A stretch of 62,543 nucleotides of DNA, filler included. It is 7 parts of 7 records of this genome, joined end to end, with 100 filler letters (N's around TTAATTAATTAA, not from the genome) between each part and the next. Parts side by side here need not be neighbours in the genome. Positions count along the whole stretch, not along the records: positions 31,178 to 38,749 come from SRR31147125_20664; positions 38,850 to 43,974 come from SRR31147125_20684; 5 more parts are not named here. One strand, 5' to 3'. This document shows, piece after piece, positions 31,078 through 42,537 of the stretch. How positions within the stretch are numbered: position 1 is the first letter of the stretch; every line of letters starts with the position of its first letter. Made by a program: the position numbers and the translations under genes. A model generated the notes under the pieces. The model was given only the letters and a program-made list of their open reading frames with translations. It made no database searches and was not told where the DNA came from.

Positions 31078-31177
31078 NNNNNNNNNNNNNNNNNNNNNNN
31101 NNNNNNNNNNNNNNNNNNNNNTTAATTAATTAANNNNNNNNNNNNNNNNNNNNNNNNNNNNNNNNNNNNNNNNNNNN
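31078..31177. other. Artificial contig spacer
   Basis: N44-TTAATTAATTAA-N44. Confidence 0.99.
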
Positions 31178-33221
31178 AGGAACACAGGATAATAATTCAA
31201 TGGGTGGACCTTCGCAGAACCTGATGAGCGACGGAGTAATTAATGATGAGTGGTTTGTTACTTTAGGTGGAGATGGTTTTTGGCTGGCAACCGATCCTGT
31301 AAATCCTGATATTGTGTATACCGAATATCAATATGGAAATGTTTACCGGTACGATAAAAAAAGCAAGGAAAGCATAAATATTAAACCGCGCGAACGAAAA
31401 GATGAATTAACCTATAAATGGAACTGGAATGCTCCGTTAATTTTAAGTCCGCATAAAGGAACAAGGATTTATATGGCGGCTAATAAAGTATTCAGAAGTG
31501 AAGATCGTGGCGAAAGCTGGAATGTAATAAGCGACGACCTTACCTCGAAAGTAGACAGGAACAGTTTCCCGGTTATGGGGAAATATTGGCCGGCCGACGC
31601 AGTTTCAAAAGATGTGTCAACTTCTCAATGGGGAACAATTGTTTCGCTGGTAGAATCGCCGGTAAAAGAAGGGTTGTTATTTGCCGGAACCGACGATGGT
31701 GTAATCTCAATTTCAGAAAATGGAGGAGATACCTGGTCTCAGGTGAAAACATTTACAGGAATTCCTGAATATACCTATGTAAGTGATATTTGGGCCGATC
31801 GTTTTGATGAGAATGTGGTTTATGCTACGTTTGATAACTTGAAAAGAGACGATTTTAAACCTTACGTTTATAAAAGTACCGACAAAGGAAAAACATGGAC
31901 TTCGATTACCGGTAATCTTCCCGAAAATGGAACGGTTCATACAATAGCACAGGATTTTATTCGCCCTGAACTTTTATTTGCAGGAACCGAATTTGGTGTA
32001 TTTTTTACTGTCGACAACGGTGAAAACTGGGTTCAGTTAAAATCAGGAATTCCAACTATTCCGGTTCGCGACATTGCCATTCAGGAACGCGAAAGCGATT
32101 TGGTTTTGGCAACATTTGGGCGTGGTTTTTATATTCTCGACAATTACAGTCCGCTACGCGAAGTTTCGCACGAAATGGCAGCTAAAACAGCAGAAATTTT
32201 TCCGGTGAAAGATGCACTTTTATACATTCAGGATAGTAATAAAGATAATCAGGGAAGTACTTATTTTAAATCGGCAAATCCTGATTATGGTGCAACATTT
32301 TCGTATTATTTGAAAGAAGTTCCAAAAACAAAAAAACAGCTGCGTTTGGAAGAGGAGAAGGAGTTGTTTAAAGAAGGAAAACCAATTCCTCAGCCTACCT
32401 GGAGAGAGCAGCAACTTGAAGATAAACAAGAAGCATCGCACCTGATTTTTACTATTTATGATGCAAATAATAATGTTGTTCGTCAGTTAACAACTTCGCC
32501 TTCAAAAGGGATTAACAGAATTAACTGGGATTTACGTTATTCCATGCCAAGCAGTGTTCGGGTAAACGGAAGTTTTAGTCCGGTTTCTGGTAATGGAAAT
32601 CGTCGTGGCAGCGGAATTTTGGCAATGCCCGGAACTTATAAAGTGGGATTACAAATGTGGCACGAAGGCGAATTAACCAATTTGGCAGAGCCGGTTGAGT
32701 TTGTTTGCAGAAAATTGGATAATACTTCATTGCCGGCTGAAAACTATGCTGAAAATGTTGAATTTGCTGAAAAAGTAAGCAAGCTGGCAATCGCTGTTGT
32801 TGGAACCGGTCAGTTGATTAACGATATGACTTCAAGAGTAGAACACATTAAACAAGCCATTTATTCTACTCCGGGTGCTGGTCAGGATTTGATGGATAAA
32901 GCACGTGAACTGGCTGTAGAACTTGAAGCGCTTAATTTTAAAATGAATGGTATTCCGGCAAAAGCCAGTGGCGAAGAAGTTCCTCCGGCACAAGTTCCGA
33001 TTAACGACAGATTGGGGAATATTACTTATACGCATTATGGTTCTACCAGTGGAATTACTACTTCTGAAAAAGAAGGTTATGAAATTCTGGCTGAAGAGTT
33101 TTCGCCGGTTTTAGAAGCAATTAAAAATATTGTTGAAAACGACATTCCGGCTTTGGAAGCTGAACTAAATAAAATAGGCGCTCCCTGGACTCCCGGGCGA
33201 ATGCCTGTTTGGGAGAAATAA
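31178..33221 (+). CDS. BNR/Asp-box (VPS10/sortilin-like) beta-propeller glycosyl hydrolase-like protein, 5' partial
   Basis: GTQDN, GGDG, Asp-boxes SEDRGESW, SENGGDTW, STDKGKTW, TVDNGENW; DLVLATFGRG. Confidence 0.85.
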
Positions 33222-33248
33222 GAAACTACTTCTTATTTAGAAAATTTT

Positions 33249-33297
33249 AAAGATGGCATCTGTATTTTATGTTTAAATACAGATGCCATCTTTTTTT
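33249..33297 (+). terminator. Rho-independent terminator (19-bp stem)
   Basis: AAAGATGGCATCTGTATTT / AAATACAGATGCCATCTTT + T run. Confidence 0.8.
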
Positions 33298-33425
33298 AAC
33301 CGATAGTAAAGCTTGTTTTACTCAGCATTCCGTTTTTGTCTTATAGTACTGTCTTTAAAAAAGGACGCTAATTTTTTTTATATAAAAAGAGAAATTCAGA
33401 GGAATTTAAAAAATCAGTGCATTGT

Positions 33426-33491
33426 AACTATTAAAACAAGTTGCTTAACTGGTTTCTGTAGTTGTACAACTAAAAATTATAGTTATATTTG
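33426..33491 (+). promoter_or_regulatory. Three AACT-N9-AGTT palindromes (probable BlaI operators) abutting a Bacteroidota -7 element
   Basis: Palindromes start at 33426, 33447, 33468; TATATTTG (TAnnTTTG) at 33484-33491. Confidence 0.7.
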
Positions 33492-33544
33492 TTTTAGAGT
33501 TTAGAAATCTTAATCCTTTGTAATTAATATTTAATTTCCATTAG

Positions 33545-33907
33545 ATGAAAAAATTAACACAAAAAGAAGAAGAAATCATGAACCTTTTTTGGAAACAGGG
33601 AGCCATGTTTGTTAAAGAACTAAAAGAATTTTACAAAGACCAGAAATTGCACTACAATACACTTTCTACAATGGTCAGAACACTCGAAGAAAAAGGCTTT
33701 GTCGACCACGAACAGTTCGGAAATACCCATCGTTATTTTGCGGTAATTACAAAAGAAGAATATAGAAAAGGGAAGTTGGGAAATGTGGTTAAGAATTATT
33801 TTAATAATTCGTATAAAAATGTAGTATCACTATTGGTAGAAGAAGAAAACCTGTCTCTGGAAGAATTAAAGGAAATGATTAAAGAAATAGAAAACAATAA
33901 AAAATAG
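33545..33907 (+). CDS. BlaI/MecI/CopY-family transcriptional repressor
   Basis: LTQKEEEIMNLFW, HYNTLSTMVRTLEEKGFV. Confidence 0.93.
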   Translation: MKKLTQKEEEIMNLFWKQGAMFVKELKEFYKDQKLHYNTLSTMVRTLEEKGFVDHEQFGNTHRYFAVITKEEYRKGKLGNVVKNYFNNSYKNVVSLLVEEENLSLEELKEMIKEIENNKK

Positions 33908-33911
33908 AAAA

Positions 33912-36306
33912 ATGATTCCCTTATTCACATATCTTTTAAAATCGACGATAACTCTGGTAATGTTTTTTATTTTGTATAAGTTGACAATGAGTAATGAAAA
34001 ATCACACAAATTAAATCGGTTTTTATTGTTAGGGATTTTATTTGTTTCTGCGCTTATTCCTTTCGTTCAGATTCCAGTTTTTCATGAAAAATCTATAATA
34101 AAACCAGTTGAATTTGTTCGCGAGGTTTTTGTGCCTGATACTCAATTTTCTGAGTTTTTAGCACCAGTTACTAAAGTTGATTCTATTTCTGAAACCTCCG
34201 GGATTCATATAAATCTTTGGTTGATTTTATATTTAGTTGTCATTCTTTTTTTAATCTTTAGATTGACTGTGTCGGTTTTTCGCATTTCACAGTTGTACAA
34301 AGGTTCCAAAAGAATTGCATTTTCTCAGTATATTTTGGCAATAGTAAAAGATTATATTCAACCTTTTTCCATTTTGAAACATATTTTTATTTCTGAAAAG
34401 GATTTCAAATCAAATAATGACATTCTAATTACACACGAAGTAGAGCATATTGGGCAGAAACATTTTATTGACCTTTTATTAGTTGAGGTATTTACCTTAA
34501 TGCACTGGTTTAATCCGTTTATGTGGTTTTTGCGGCGTGAATTAAAATTGGTTCACGAGTACCTGGCCGATCAGGCTGTTATTGAAAAAGGAATAAATGC
34601 ACAAAAATACCAGTTGCTGGTTCTTGAAAAAGCGGTTGGTGAGAAACGTTTTGCTATGGCAAACTATTTTACTCAAAAACCAATTTTAAAACGTATTAAA
34701 ATGATGAAGAAAAAAATATTAACAGATATGGCAGTATTAAACTGTTATTGTTTTTACCTCTTACTTTTTTCTGTTGCAAGCTTTTATACAACCCGATGTA
34801 TTTCAAACAGCCGGTGAATTAATTCCATTTAACTACGAAAAGGAAAAGCAAGAGGGATGGTTGGAAAAATGGACTTTTGAAAATATAGGTAAAGGATTTT
34901 TTCAACCTGAAATGAAACCTGAAGATTTGCCCACATCAGAAAATAATCTACTGGTGATTCTTATGAATGCGAAAGATGAGTATTTAATTGAAGGGCAGCA
35001 TTATAAAAAGGCTGAGATAAAAACCCTAGTTAAAGACTTTTTGTACGGGAAAAATCCGGATGGTAAAAAAGGACCTGATTATTCGGAGAAACAAATTCAG
35101 AAAATTGGAAAATTAAAAGTTTCGCAGGGAGTAATTTCATATAAACACGATTTTGCTTCTTCTCCGGAAATGGTGAATAAAACTTTGAATAACATTGGAG
35201 AAGCTTACTTTGAAGTAAGAAACGAAAAGGCGCAAATATTGTTTGACCAGAAATATTTTGCTTTGAATAATGAAGAGCAGGAAACAGTTAAACTAGCTGT
35301 TCCAATTTGGTTTTTATATGAAAATCCTCAACCGCCTGCACCTTCTGTGTGGTTGCCATTTGAGAATAAACCTTCACCGCTTCCTGAACCGCTTGAAATT
35401 TTTATTAAGAATAATGGGGAAGTATATATTGAAAATTTCAAATATGAAAATTTTGAAGAGTTCTCACAAAGTCTTGAAAACTGGAAAGTTAAACTGGAAA
35501 AATTTAATGAAGGGAAAAATAGCAAAGGATTTTACAGGGCACATTTAATTTACGAACCTGAGGTGCCACAGTCGGAACATGATAAATATAATATTCTGTT
35601 ATATCGAAACAATATTCAAGTTGGCCAAATTAAGGTTTTAGATGAGCCGTTAAAATTATTACTGCAAAACAATAAATTGGAAAAGCGAATTCTCGATGTT
35701 CAAAAAAAGACTTCTTCTGTCTTGGAAGAAGAAAAGCAAGATACTATTCAGGTAAACACATTTTCAATTTTCTCTATATTTAATGTTGAATTGTACCGAA
35801 ATAAAATTGTAGTAAATAAAGAAGTTTTATCATTCGACGATTTATTGTCCAAGGCTACCTCCTTGCATAAAGATTTTAAAGAAAATTGTAAGGTAACATT
35901 GAGTATTAAAGAGAATGTACCAAAGGAAAGAATTGATAAAATACATGAAATCTTTCAAAAAGCTAATATTGGAGTAACTCAAGACTTTTCTCAGCCAATG
36001 GTGAAAAAATCGTGGCAGAAGAAATACGATAGCATAAAAGCTGAAGGTTCTTTGTTTTTAGTTTCAAAAAATGGAAAAAATGGACTTCTTGATGAAAAAG
36101 AAAAAGTTCTGGTTCCTCTTGAATTTGATTACATTGAAATTTATGAGAAAGCTTTTGTTGCCAGTAATGAAGGGCACTTTAGTGTTTATGAAATTAATGG
36201 TGAATTAAGGTTCTCAGGATTATTCGATGATGTTTGGTTTGATGAATTGAATCAGGTTTTTGTGGAAGAAAATGGATTAATAAAAATGATGGTTTCATTT
36301 AAATAA
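33912..36306 (+). CDS. BlaR1-like M56 metallopeptidase with long periplasmic C-terminus; frameshifts near 34710 and 34768
   Basis: HEVEH, WFNPF, HEYLAD, LKRIKMM; continues after A/T runs into the 34774..36306 ORF ending in WG-repeat-like units. Confidence 0.85.
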
Positions 36307-36311
36307 AATGC

Positions 36312-36360
36312 AAAAGATGGCATCTGTATATTATGAATAAGTACAGATGCCATCTTTTTT
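36312..36360. terminator. Bidirectional terminator, near copy of 33249-33297
   Basis: AAAAGATGGCATCTGTA / TACAGATGCCATCTTTT between convergent genes. Confidence 0.8.
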
Positions 36361-36370
36361 AGAAAATCGT

Positions 36371-38749
36371 TTAACGATTTAACCGGTTTCTGCGGAAATA
36401 CTGTTTCTCTTTCACATTAAATTTCCAGGTTAATTTTGTGCCAATCATTCGTGGTACTCCCGGAATTTGTGTTGGTGCGCCAAATAAACTTCCGGTGTTT
36501 CCTGCACTGACAATATATTCTTCTTTGAGTAAATTTGTTCCGTAAACAGCAATTGTAATACCCTGGTCGGGGAGTTCAATTCCACTCCGAATATTTAACA
36601 ATCCATACGCAGACTGCTCCAGACCTGGTGTGTTTGCATCTTCAAAATATATTTTCGATTTCCATGAATAGGAGGGAACAGCGAATAAAAATAAACCCGG
36701 AGCAATTTGAGTACGTGCATTTATTCCAATGGCAAAACTGTGTTCCGGAGTTAACCGAAACATATTTCCGGCATATTCCTGATCTTCTCCATTTACATTT
36801 AAACTGTCGAAACGGGCATGAATATATGCATAGTTCCCAAAAAAATTGAGGCCATTTAAAACCGCAAATTTTAACGAAGTTTCTGCTCCGTAAGAAGTTG
36901 CCTTTCCTGCATCTTTTATTAAGTAGTTGAATTCTCCCGAGTCGGCTTCTGCTACCCACGCCGATGTCTGGAAATTTTTATATTCCTGATAAAAAATACC
37001 TGCATCGAACCAAATCCTTTGTTTAAAGGCCGATGTTTTAAATCCAAATTCATAACTGTCTACAGTTTCTGCATCAAGAACCTGCGATTCTCCGGTTGAA
37101 GTAAATTGTAAAACAACAGGGCGCCTTCCTTTTGAGTAGCTTACAAAAACATTGGTGTTTTCATTAAAAGCATATTTAATTCCACCCCGGTAAGTATACG
37201 AAAGTGTCGATTCCTTTATCTCTTTTTCAGCACTTTCAGCAAAAAGTAAATTGGGGTAATTTCCGGTAAGAAATCCCAGAGATGCTGGATTTTCCCCGAT
37301 CATTTCTGCCATGTTCGATAATTTAAATTTTTCTGAAATAACACGGGCACCGGCAGTTACACTTAATTTAGGTAATAATTGATAATTAAAATCAAGAAAA
37401 CCTTCAAGAGCCCGGTTTGTTGCATTGCTATTATTTGCTTCCTGGTGATTTTCAGCCAGCGGAAGTCCACTAAAATCTCCTAATTCGGGGTAAGGTGGAA
37501 TGTTGGAAATGGATTGTGGTTGCCCGTTTTCATCAACCAAAAAACCGGTATTAAAAAGCAGGTGAAACATATCCTGTTCGTTGGTAGAAAACAGGTAATT
37601 TTGCGATGCTCTTTCCAGCCAGTAACTTCCACCCAAGCTTCCGTTTAACCGGCTATTCCTGGAAAAATTATACCTGATTTCCTGGTAAAATTGCCAGGCA
37701 TCGGAATTTTCGCTCATGTCTATTGCTGCCGCTGCCGTTCCATCGCCATCCCACCGGGAGCCCGCTCCAATTTCGCGATACGAAGTTGTGGATGTGAAAT
37801 AGCGGTGTTCGTGGATAAAATGTTTCAAGGTTAAAGTGGCATCAAAAATATCCTTTTTTGTGTGCAGGTTTTTGCCCTGTTCCAACGAAGCGGTATAATC
37901 AAATGGATTTAAACTTCCTTCCGTATTCGGATAATTCATGCTCATAAAACCAAGTCCCGGATTATTATCTTTTTGGTAGTTTAATTCCAAATCAATTTTA
38001 TTTCTGAACGTGGGTATAAACCGAACAGAAAACCTTCCGGCAACCGTATTTTTTCCATTCAAATTTCCTCCAAAAGTATTTTTAATAAATCCGTCGTAAT
38101 AATCATAAATACCAGCTGCACGCACCATTAATTTATTTTTTATAATGGGAATATTAATTGCGCCGTTTATTTCACGTTGATTATAATTTCCAATACCGGC
38201 TGTAATATTTCCATAAAAGTTATTGGTTGGTTTATTGCTGATGTAATGAATAGCTCCAATTTGTGCTCCTCGTCCAAAAAGTGTGTTTTGCGCCTTTTAT
38301 AACTTCAATTTGTTGCATGTCGAATAACTCAACTGCTGCTCCATTGGCACGGTTTATTGGCACATTATTATAAAAAGTTGAAACTCTTGGCTGCGCTGCC
38401 GGGCTTACTTCATCGCTGGTAAGGCCACGAATTACAAAACTTGGGCGGTTGGTTCCCTGCATTCTTACTTGCAACCCGGGTACAAATTCGGCAAGTTGAT
38501 TAATTTCGGTAATGTTATTTTCTTCCAGAAACCTAGCATTTAATCCGCTTATAGTAATGGGGACATCCAGTAACTGCTGCTCTCTTTTTTGCGATGTAAC
38601 AGCAATATCATCGAGCCTGATATTATCTTCGTCAAGTGTAATGTTCACATAATTCTGTCCTGTTTGAAGTTGAAAATCTACCGATTTGGTTTTAAATCCT
38701 ACAAATGAAGCCTGAATTCTTGTTCTTCCCTGTTCCAGTCCGTAAAAAA
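36371..38749 (-). CDS. TonB-dependent receptor, 5' partial, frameshift near 38290
   Basis: VTSQKREQQLLDVPIT, plug IEVIKG..TLFGRGAQIGAIHYISNKP after frame correction, barrel ending PRMIG. Confidence 0.88.
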
Positions 38750-38849
38750 NNNNNNNNNNNNNNNNNNNNNNNNNNNNNNNNNNNNNNNNNNNNTTAATTA
38801 ATTAANNNNNNNNNNNNNNNNNNNNNNNNNNNNNNNNNNNNNNNNNNNN
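38750..38849. other. Artificial contig spacer
   Basis: N44-TTAATTAATTAA-N44. Confidence 0.99.
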
Positions 38850-40536
38850 GAGAGAACGAGTCAGTGGCGGGTGTGTAGAGCCGGGGACGAGGGGGAAGAC
38901 ACGGCCCAACACGTGTGGACCTGTCTCTAGACCACCACAGAGCAGGCCGTTCGGTTCTTCTCGGACCTCCACAAACTCCACGTCTACAATGCCAAAACGT
39001 TTCGTACCCTGGCCTCTCTTGTGACGAGCCCTGAGGAACAGGCGGGGTGTGTTGTGTGTTGTGTGTTGTGTTTCCTGGTGGTGATGGTGAAACTCCAACG
39101 CAGGACGTTCAAGGTTGGGTGGTTGGCGTTGGGCACGTACACGTCTCGTGAGTCTGCGTGTTATGCACACGAATGTAGGTGTGGATGGAATGCGGATAGG
39201 ACGTTCCTTGACTCTTGAACGCACAAAGGCAAAGAGATCGAAGAAGTGACTCTGACACGTCTCAACAAACACCTTACGCGCGTCAAAGAACTTGTTTGTC
39301 TTGTGCTACGTGTGATCCTTCTCCTCATATGGCATCAATAGCTTCAATCCCTGGAAGGAGAAGGAGGTCGTGTGGAACGTGAAGCAAAGGTGGCGTTTCT
39401 TAAGAAGAAGGAAACAGAGCGAGGTTCGTCTGGGATGTCCCGCCCCCGTATACACTCATGCTTTGCTCGTATAGATCTTGAGCAGGCTATTACTCAGGCA
39501 CAAGCGGGTGGGGTGCTGAAAACAGGAGGTGAAAGAGTGATCACGGTTGATCCGTGGCTTGTGGAGTGCGTGGACGCGCGAGAGGAGATCGGAGGCTTAG
39601 ATTTCGATTGGTTCCTTAGAAAGCGATTACTGAGCGCACGAAAGACGCTTCTTGAAAAGCTTCGCGCACGGTGTGAGGTGATGAAGACCTTGCAACAGTC
39701 CATGTATCAATTCGATCGGGCTCATGTGACGGAATTGGGTGATATCTTCAAGGATTTCACATCTAAACGGGAGGGAACACGGCAGATGAGTCAACATCAG
39801 AACCTTCAGGTAGCTTGGGATTCAATCAAGGTCTTGCGTGCACAATCCAATCACACATCCGCAGGAGGCACACGGAACTGTGTCGACCATCAACAGCGAA
39901 GTGGATTGCACTCAATTCGCACGAGCGCATGCATTGGATGATCTGACACTCTGGACTCCGCCAGCCTGGAAGGACACACCTCCTCATCCCGAGGATCATG
40001 TAGCCGCCCCTGCCATGCGAGGGATTCTTCAGCGGAAAGGTGGGATTCACTCCCGCCGCGCACGGTTCTGAGTTCGAGAGGGTGCACAGGTCGCATTCTG
40101 TCCATCTCGTGGAAAGACTTGTACGTTGTTGTAACCAACTGTGGATTCCTGTACGAGTTCGATTCTGCCGAGGTTTGCGTGGTGGTGGTGTAGCGAGGTC
40201 ATGGCATGAGTGGATACGGAACCGCAGGCATCCGATCCGTCAGATTCGATTAACTTGCGTGGTTGCGGCTTTGCAAAGGTATCAGTCCCTCTTCTTGGAT
40301 TCTCCGCACTTACTCCTTTCCAGGATCCTGAAACCCATAGCCTCGAAGTGATTGTTCCACGCTCAGGGTTTTTTTCATCGCCTACGTCGTATATCTATCG
40401 CACCAAAACAGATGATGATATGGCTGCCTGGGCCGCGGTGCTTGATGTTCACATTCACGGAAAGAAGAACAACAACAGCAGCAACAACACCAACACCAGT
40501 TCCACAAATGCCGAAAAGGGGAATGAGCCGTCGTAG
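38850..40536 (+). CDS. Eukaryotic spliced gene: BAR-like helical domain plus C-terminal PH domain (Slm1-like), 5' partial
   Basis: GT-AG introns at ~39047-39103, 39294-39341, 39424-39474, 39566-39619, 39810-39864, 40040-40089, 40173-40227, 40279-40323 give DPWLVEKRL and PH GILQRKGRILSISWKDLYVVVTNCGFLYEF..DMAAWAAVL. Confidence 0.75.
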
Positions 40537-40561
40537 AGGAGCCCTCTTTGTACAATACGTT

Positions 40562-42366
40562 TCATTTTGTCGACAGGAAGGCGTCTAGTTGTCGTTGTCC
40601 CGCCAGGGGCCGTGATCTCTTGATCCCTGTCCGTCGTTGGCTTGTTGTGGGAGTTCCCTCAGAAGAGGGGGCTCTGGCACACGGAGCCCGTATAATGGTG
40701 CAGCAACCACCTTTTCCGTCCGGTCCTGATGCGATGTACACACCTCGGGATTGGAGAGTAGATCGATGGGGAGGGGGGACTATGGATGCAGCCGCACGGG
40801 TAAGAAAGTGTGACGATTCCCGGCCGAATGAAGAGGACGGCGAAGAGGAGGGGATGAAAGGGACAAGGGACGTGTCAGAGGTTCCCGCACAATGCGCAGC
40901 TCCACGACATCTTCTTCTCCTTCGTCCTTGGTAGCCTCGATCCTCTATCCGCAAGGTTAGAAGGACCATGCGTCCACCACGGTCCGTCCACAAACCTTGT
41001 TGCATGAAGATGGTGTTTGTGGAACAGATCTGGAGTGCTCAAGTTGTGGAGAACACGAAACCCACCAAACACAAAGCGTGGATACTCTTTCTGACGATAT
41101 CGCTTCGGGAACTCCTCTTCAAGACGTTTCTTCTCATTCTGAATTGTGTTCAACTTCTTTTTCAATGCTCGGTAGTCACTGATTGCGCCGTGTCACAGGA
41201 GAAGTCCCTAGACGGATCGCATCCACAACACGCGCACAGTTCCATGTGCAAAATAAGGTCTTTGGATGCTTGGACGACAGCTCGCAGGTGACGCGTGTCG
41301 GTTCGATTGGATTCTCCTTCCTCGCTCTGTTTTGTCAAGGGGACCCCCAAATCCTTCATCGCTGCGTGAAGTAGGGCAGCGTCTCCCTTTCGTACCGCCA
41401 CCATTCTGTTTCCCATGCAATGACTCAAGTGAAACAACCTCACGCGAACGCACGCACGATCTCCACTTGAGTGCATCCAGACGATTCTCCTCATTGATAT
41501 GATCCAAACGACGGACATCGTGTTCATGCTTTTTCTTCATCCGATCTACGGCTTCCTTGGAGGACGAGAAGTTTGCGTGCAGTGTGGAAATGGTGGACAG
41601 TAAATCGCCTTGCTTGTTCTTAAATTGCACCCGCTCCTCCTGCAGCTGACGCCTGGCCACTTCCATTTCTCTTCGCAGACTGTGGGCTTATCATCATCAT
41701 CATCATCATCACCCATGATGATCTTCCACACACCTGCTGTTCTCTTCGGATAGAAGGCGCATGTGTTCTCCTACCTCTACGAATCGCTCGTTTTGTGTCT
41801 GAAGTTGCCTTGAGAGCTCACTGACCCGTTGGGTGTACAGCGACCGTTCTTCCGCCACCATTCGCTATCGCCTCCGCCACCATCAGCACCAGGACCCATT
41901 GGGAAAGGGATCGGACGTACACGAAGGGCCTCCTCTTCGATCCCGTCCAGGTCTAGGGTGTCGTCGATCGTGTGTTGTGAATGTGGAAGGGAACAGCCCT
42001 CCCCAATCTCAAAGAAGAGTTTCACAACATGACTCCCTCGAAAGGGAACCTTGCATAGAGGACAGCCCGCACGCTCGGTGCGCCAGCGTGCAAGGCTGTA
42101 CAGAGGACGGATGACACACAGCACAAACGGTAGCGCCTCGCATCGTACCACTCTTCATGAAAGACATGTCCACACGTGCTGATCGTCGCAAGGGTTTCAC
42201 GAAGATCCTCAAGACTGGAGAGAAGACGTTTTGGCGGGAACATGGAAGGTCCTTCCCACACGCTCTCTCCCTGCCTCTCTCTCCCTCTCCCACTGTCTAC
42301 ACACCAAATACTACACGTTGGAACAAGAGATCCCCCACCGCCCCTCAACGATTCTGGTTCCATCAC
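40562..42366 (-). CDS. TRAIP: Eukaryotic spliced gene: TRAIP-like RING-H2 E3 ubiquitin ligase
   Basis: Removing introns 42215-42304 and 42096-42148 gives CSIC..CGHVFHEEC..CPLC..KLFF; coiled coil; YIASGPDGKGG motif; C-terminal PIP box QRQLDAFL. Confidence 0.8.
41690..41711. repeat. (CAT)n microsatellite inside a TRAIP intron
   Basis: ATCATCATCATCATCATCATC. Confidence 0.85.
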
Positions 42367-42537
42367 GATGGGGTCTGACGTTCTTGCTGTGGAGGCAAGG
42401 GCAGGCAGGCAGGGATGGGTAGACGACCCCTCAAGACAGCGCCTCGTGATGGCCTCCAGGGGTCGCCTCGTATGGATCTAAACAGAAGGGAAAACGAATA
42501 CCCCACGCACGTCCAGTTCCCCTTCCTCTGTGTGTTG

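Noticed and set aside
33545-36306. Beta-lactam resistance locus
   Set aside because: No beta-lactamase or penicillin-binding sensor domain; BlaI-M56 pairs are common regulators in Bacteroidota.
38880-38940. In-frame TAG (VWTCL*TTTEQ) suggesting a TAG=Gln genetic code
   Set aside because: The TAG is better explained as the acceptor of a GTCAGT..CTCTAG intron (38860-38930), and TAG at 40534 behaves as a real stop.
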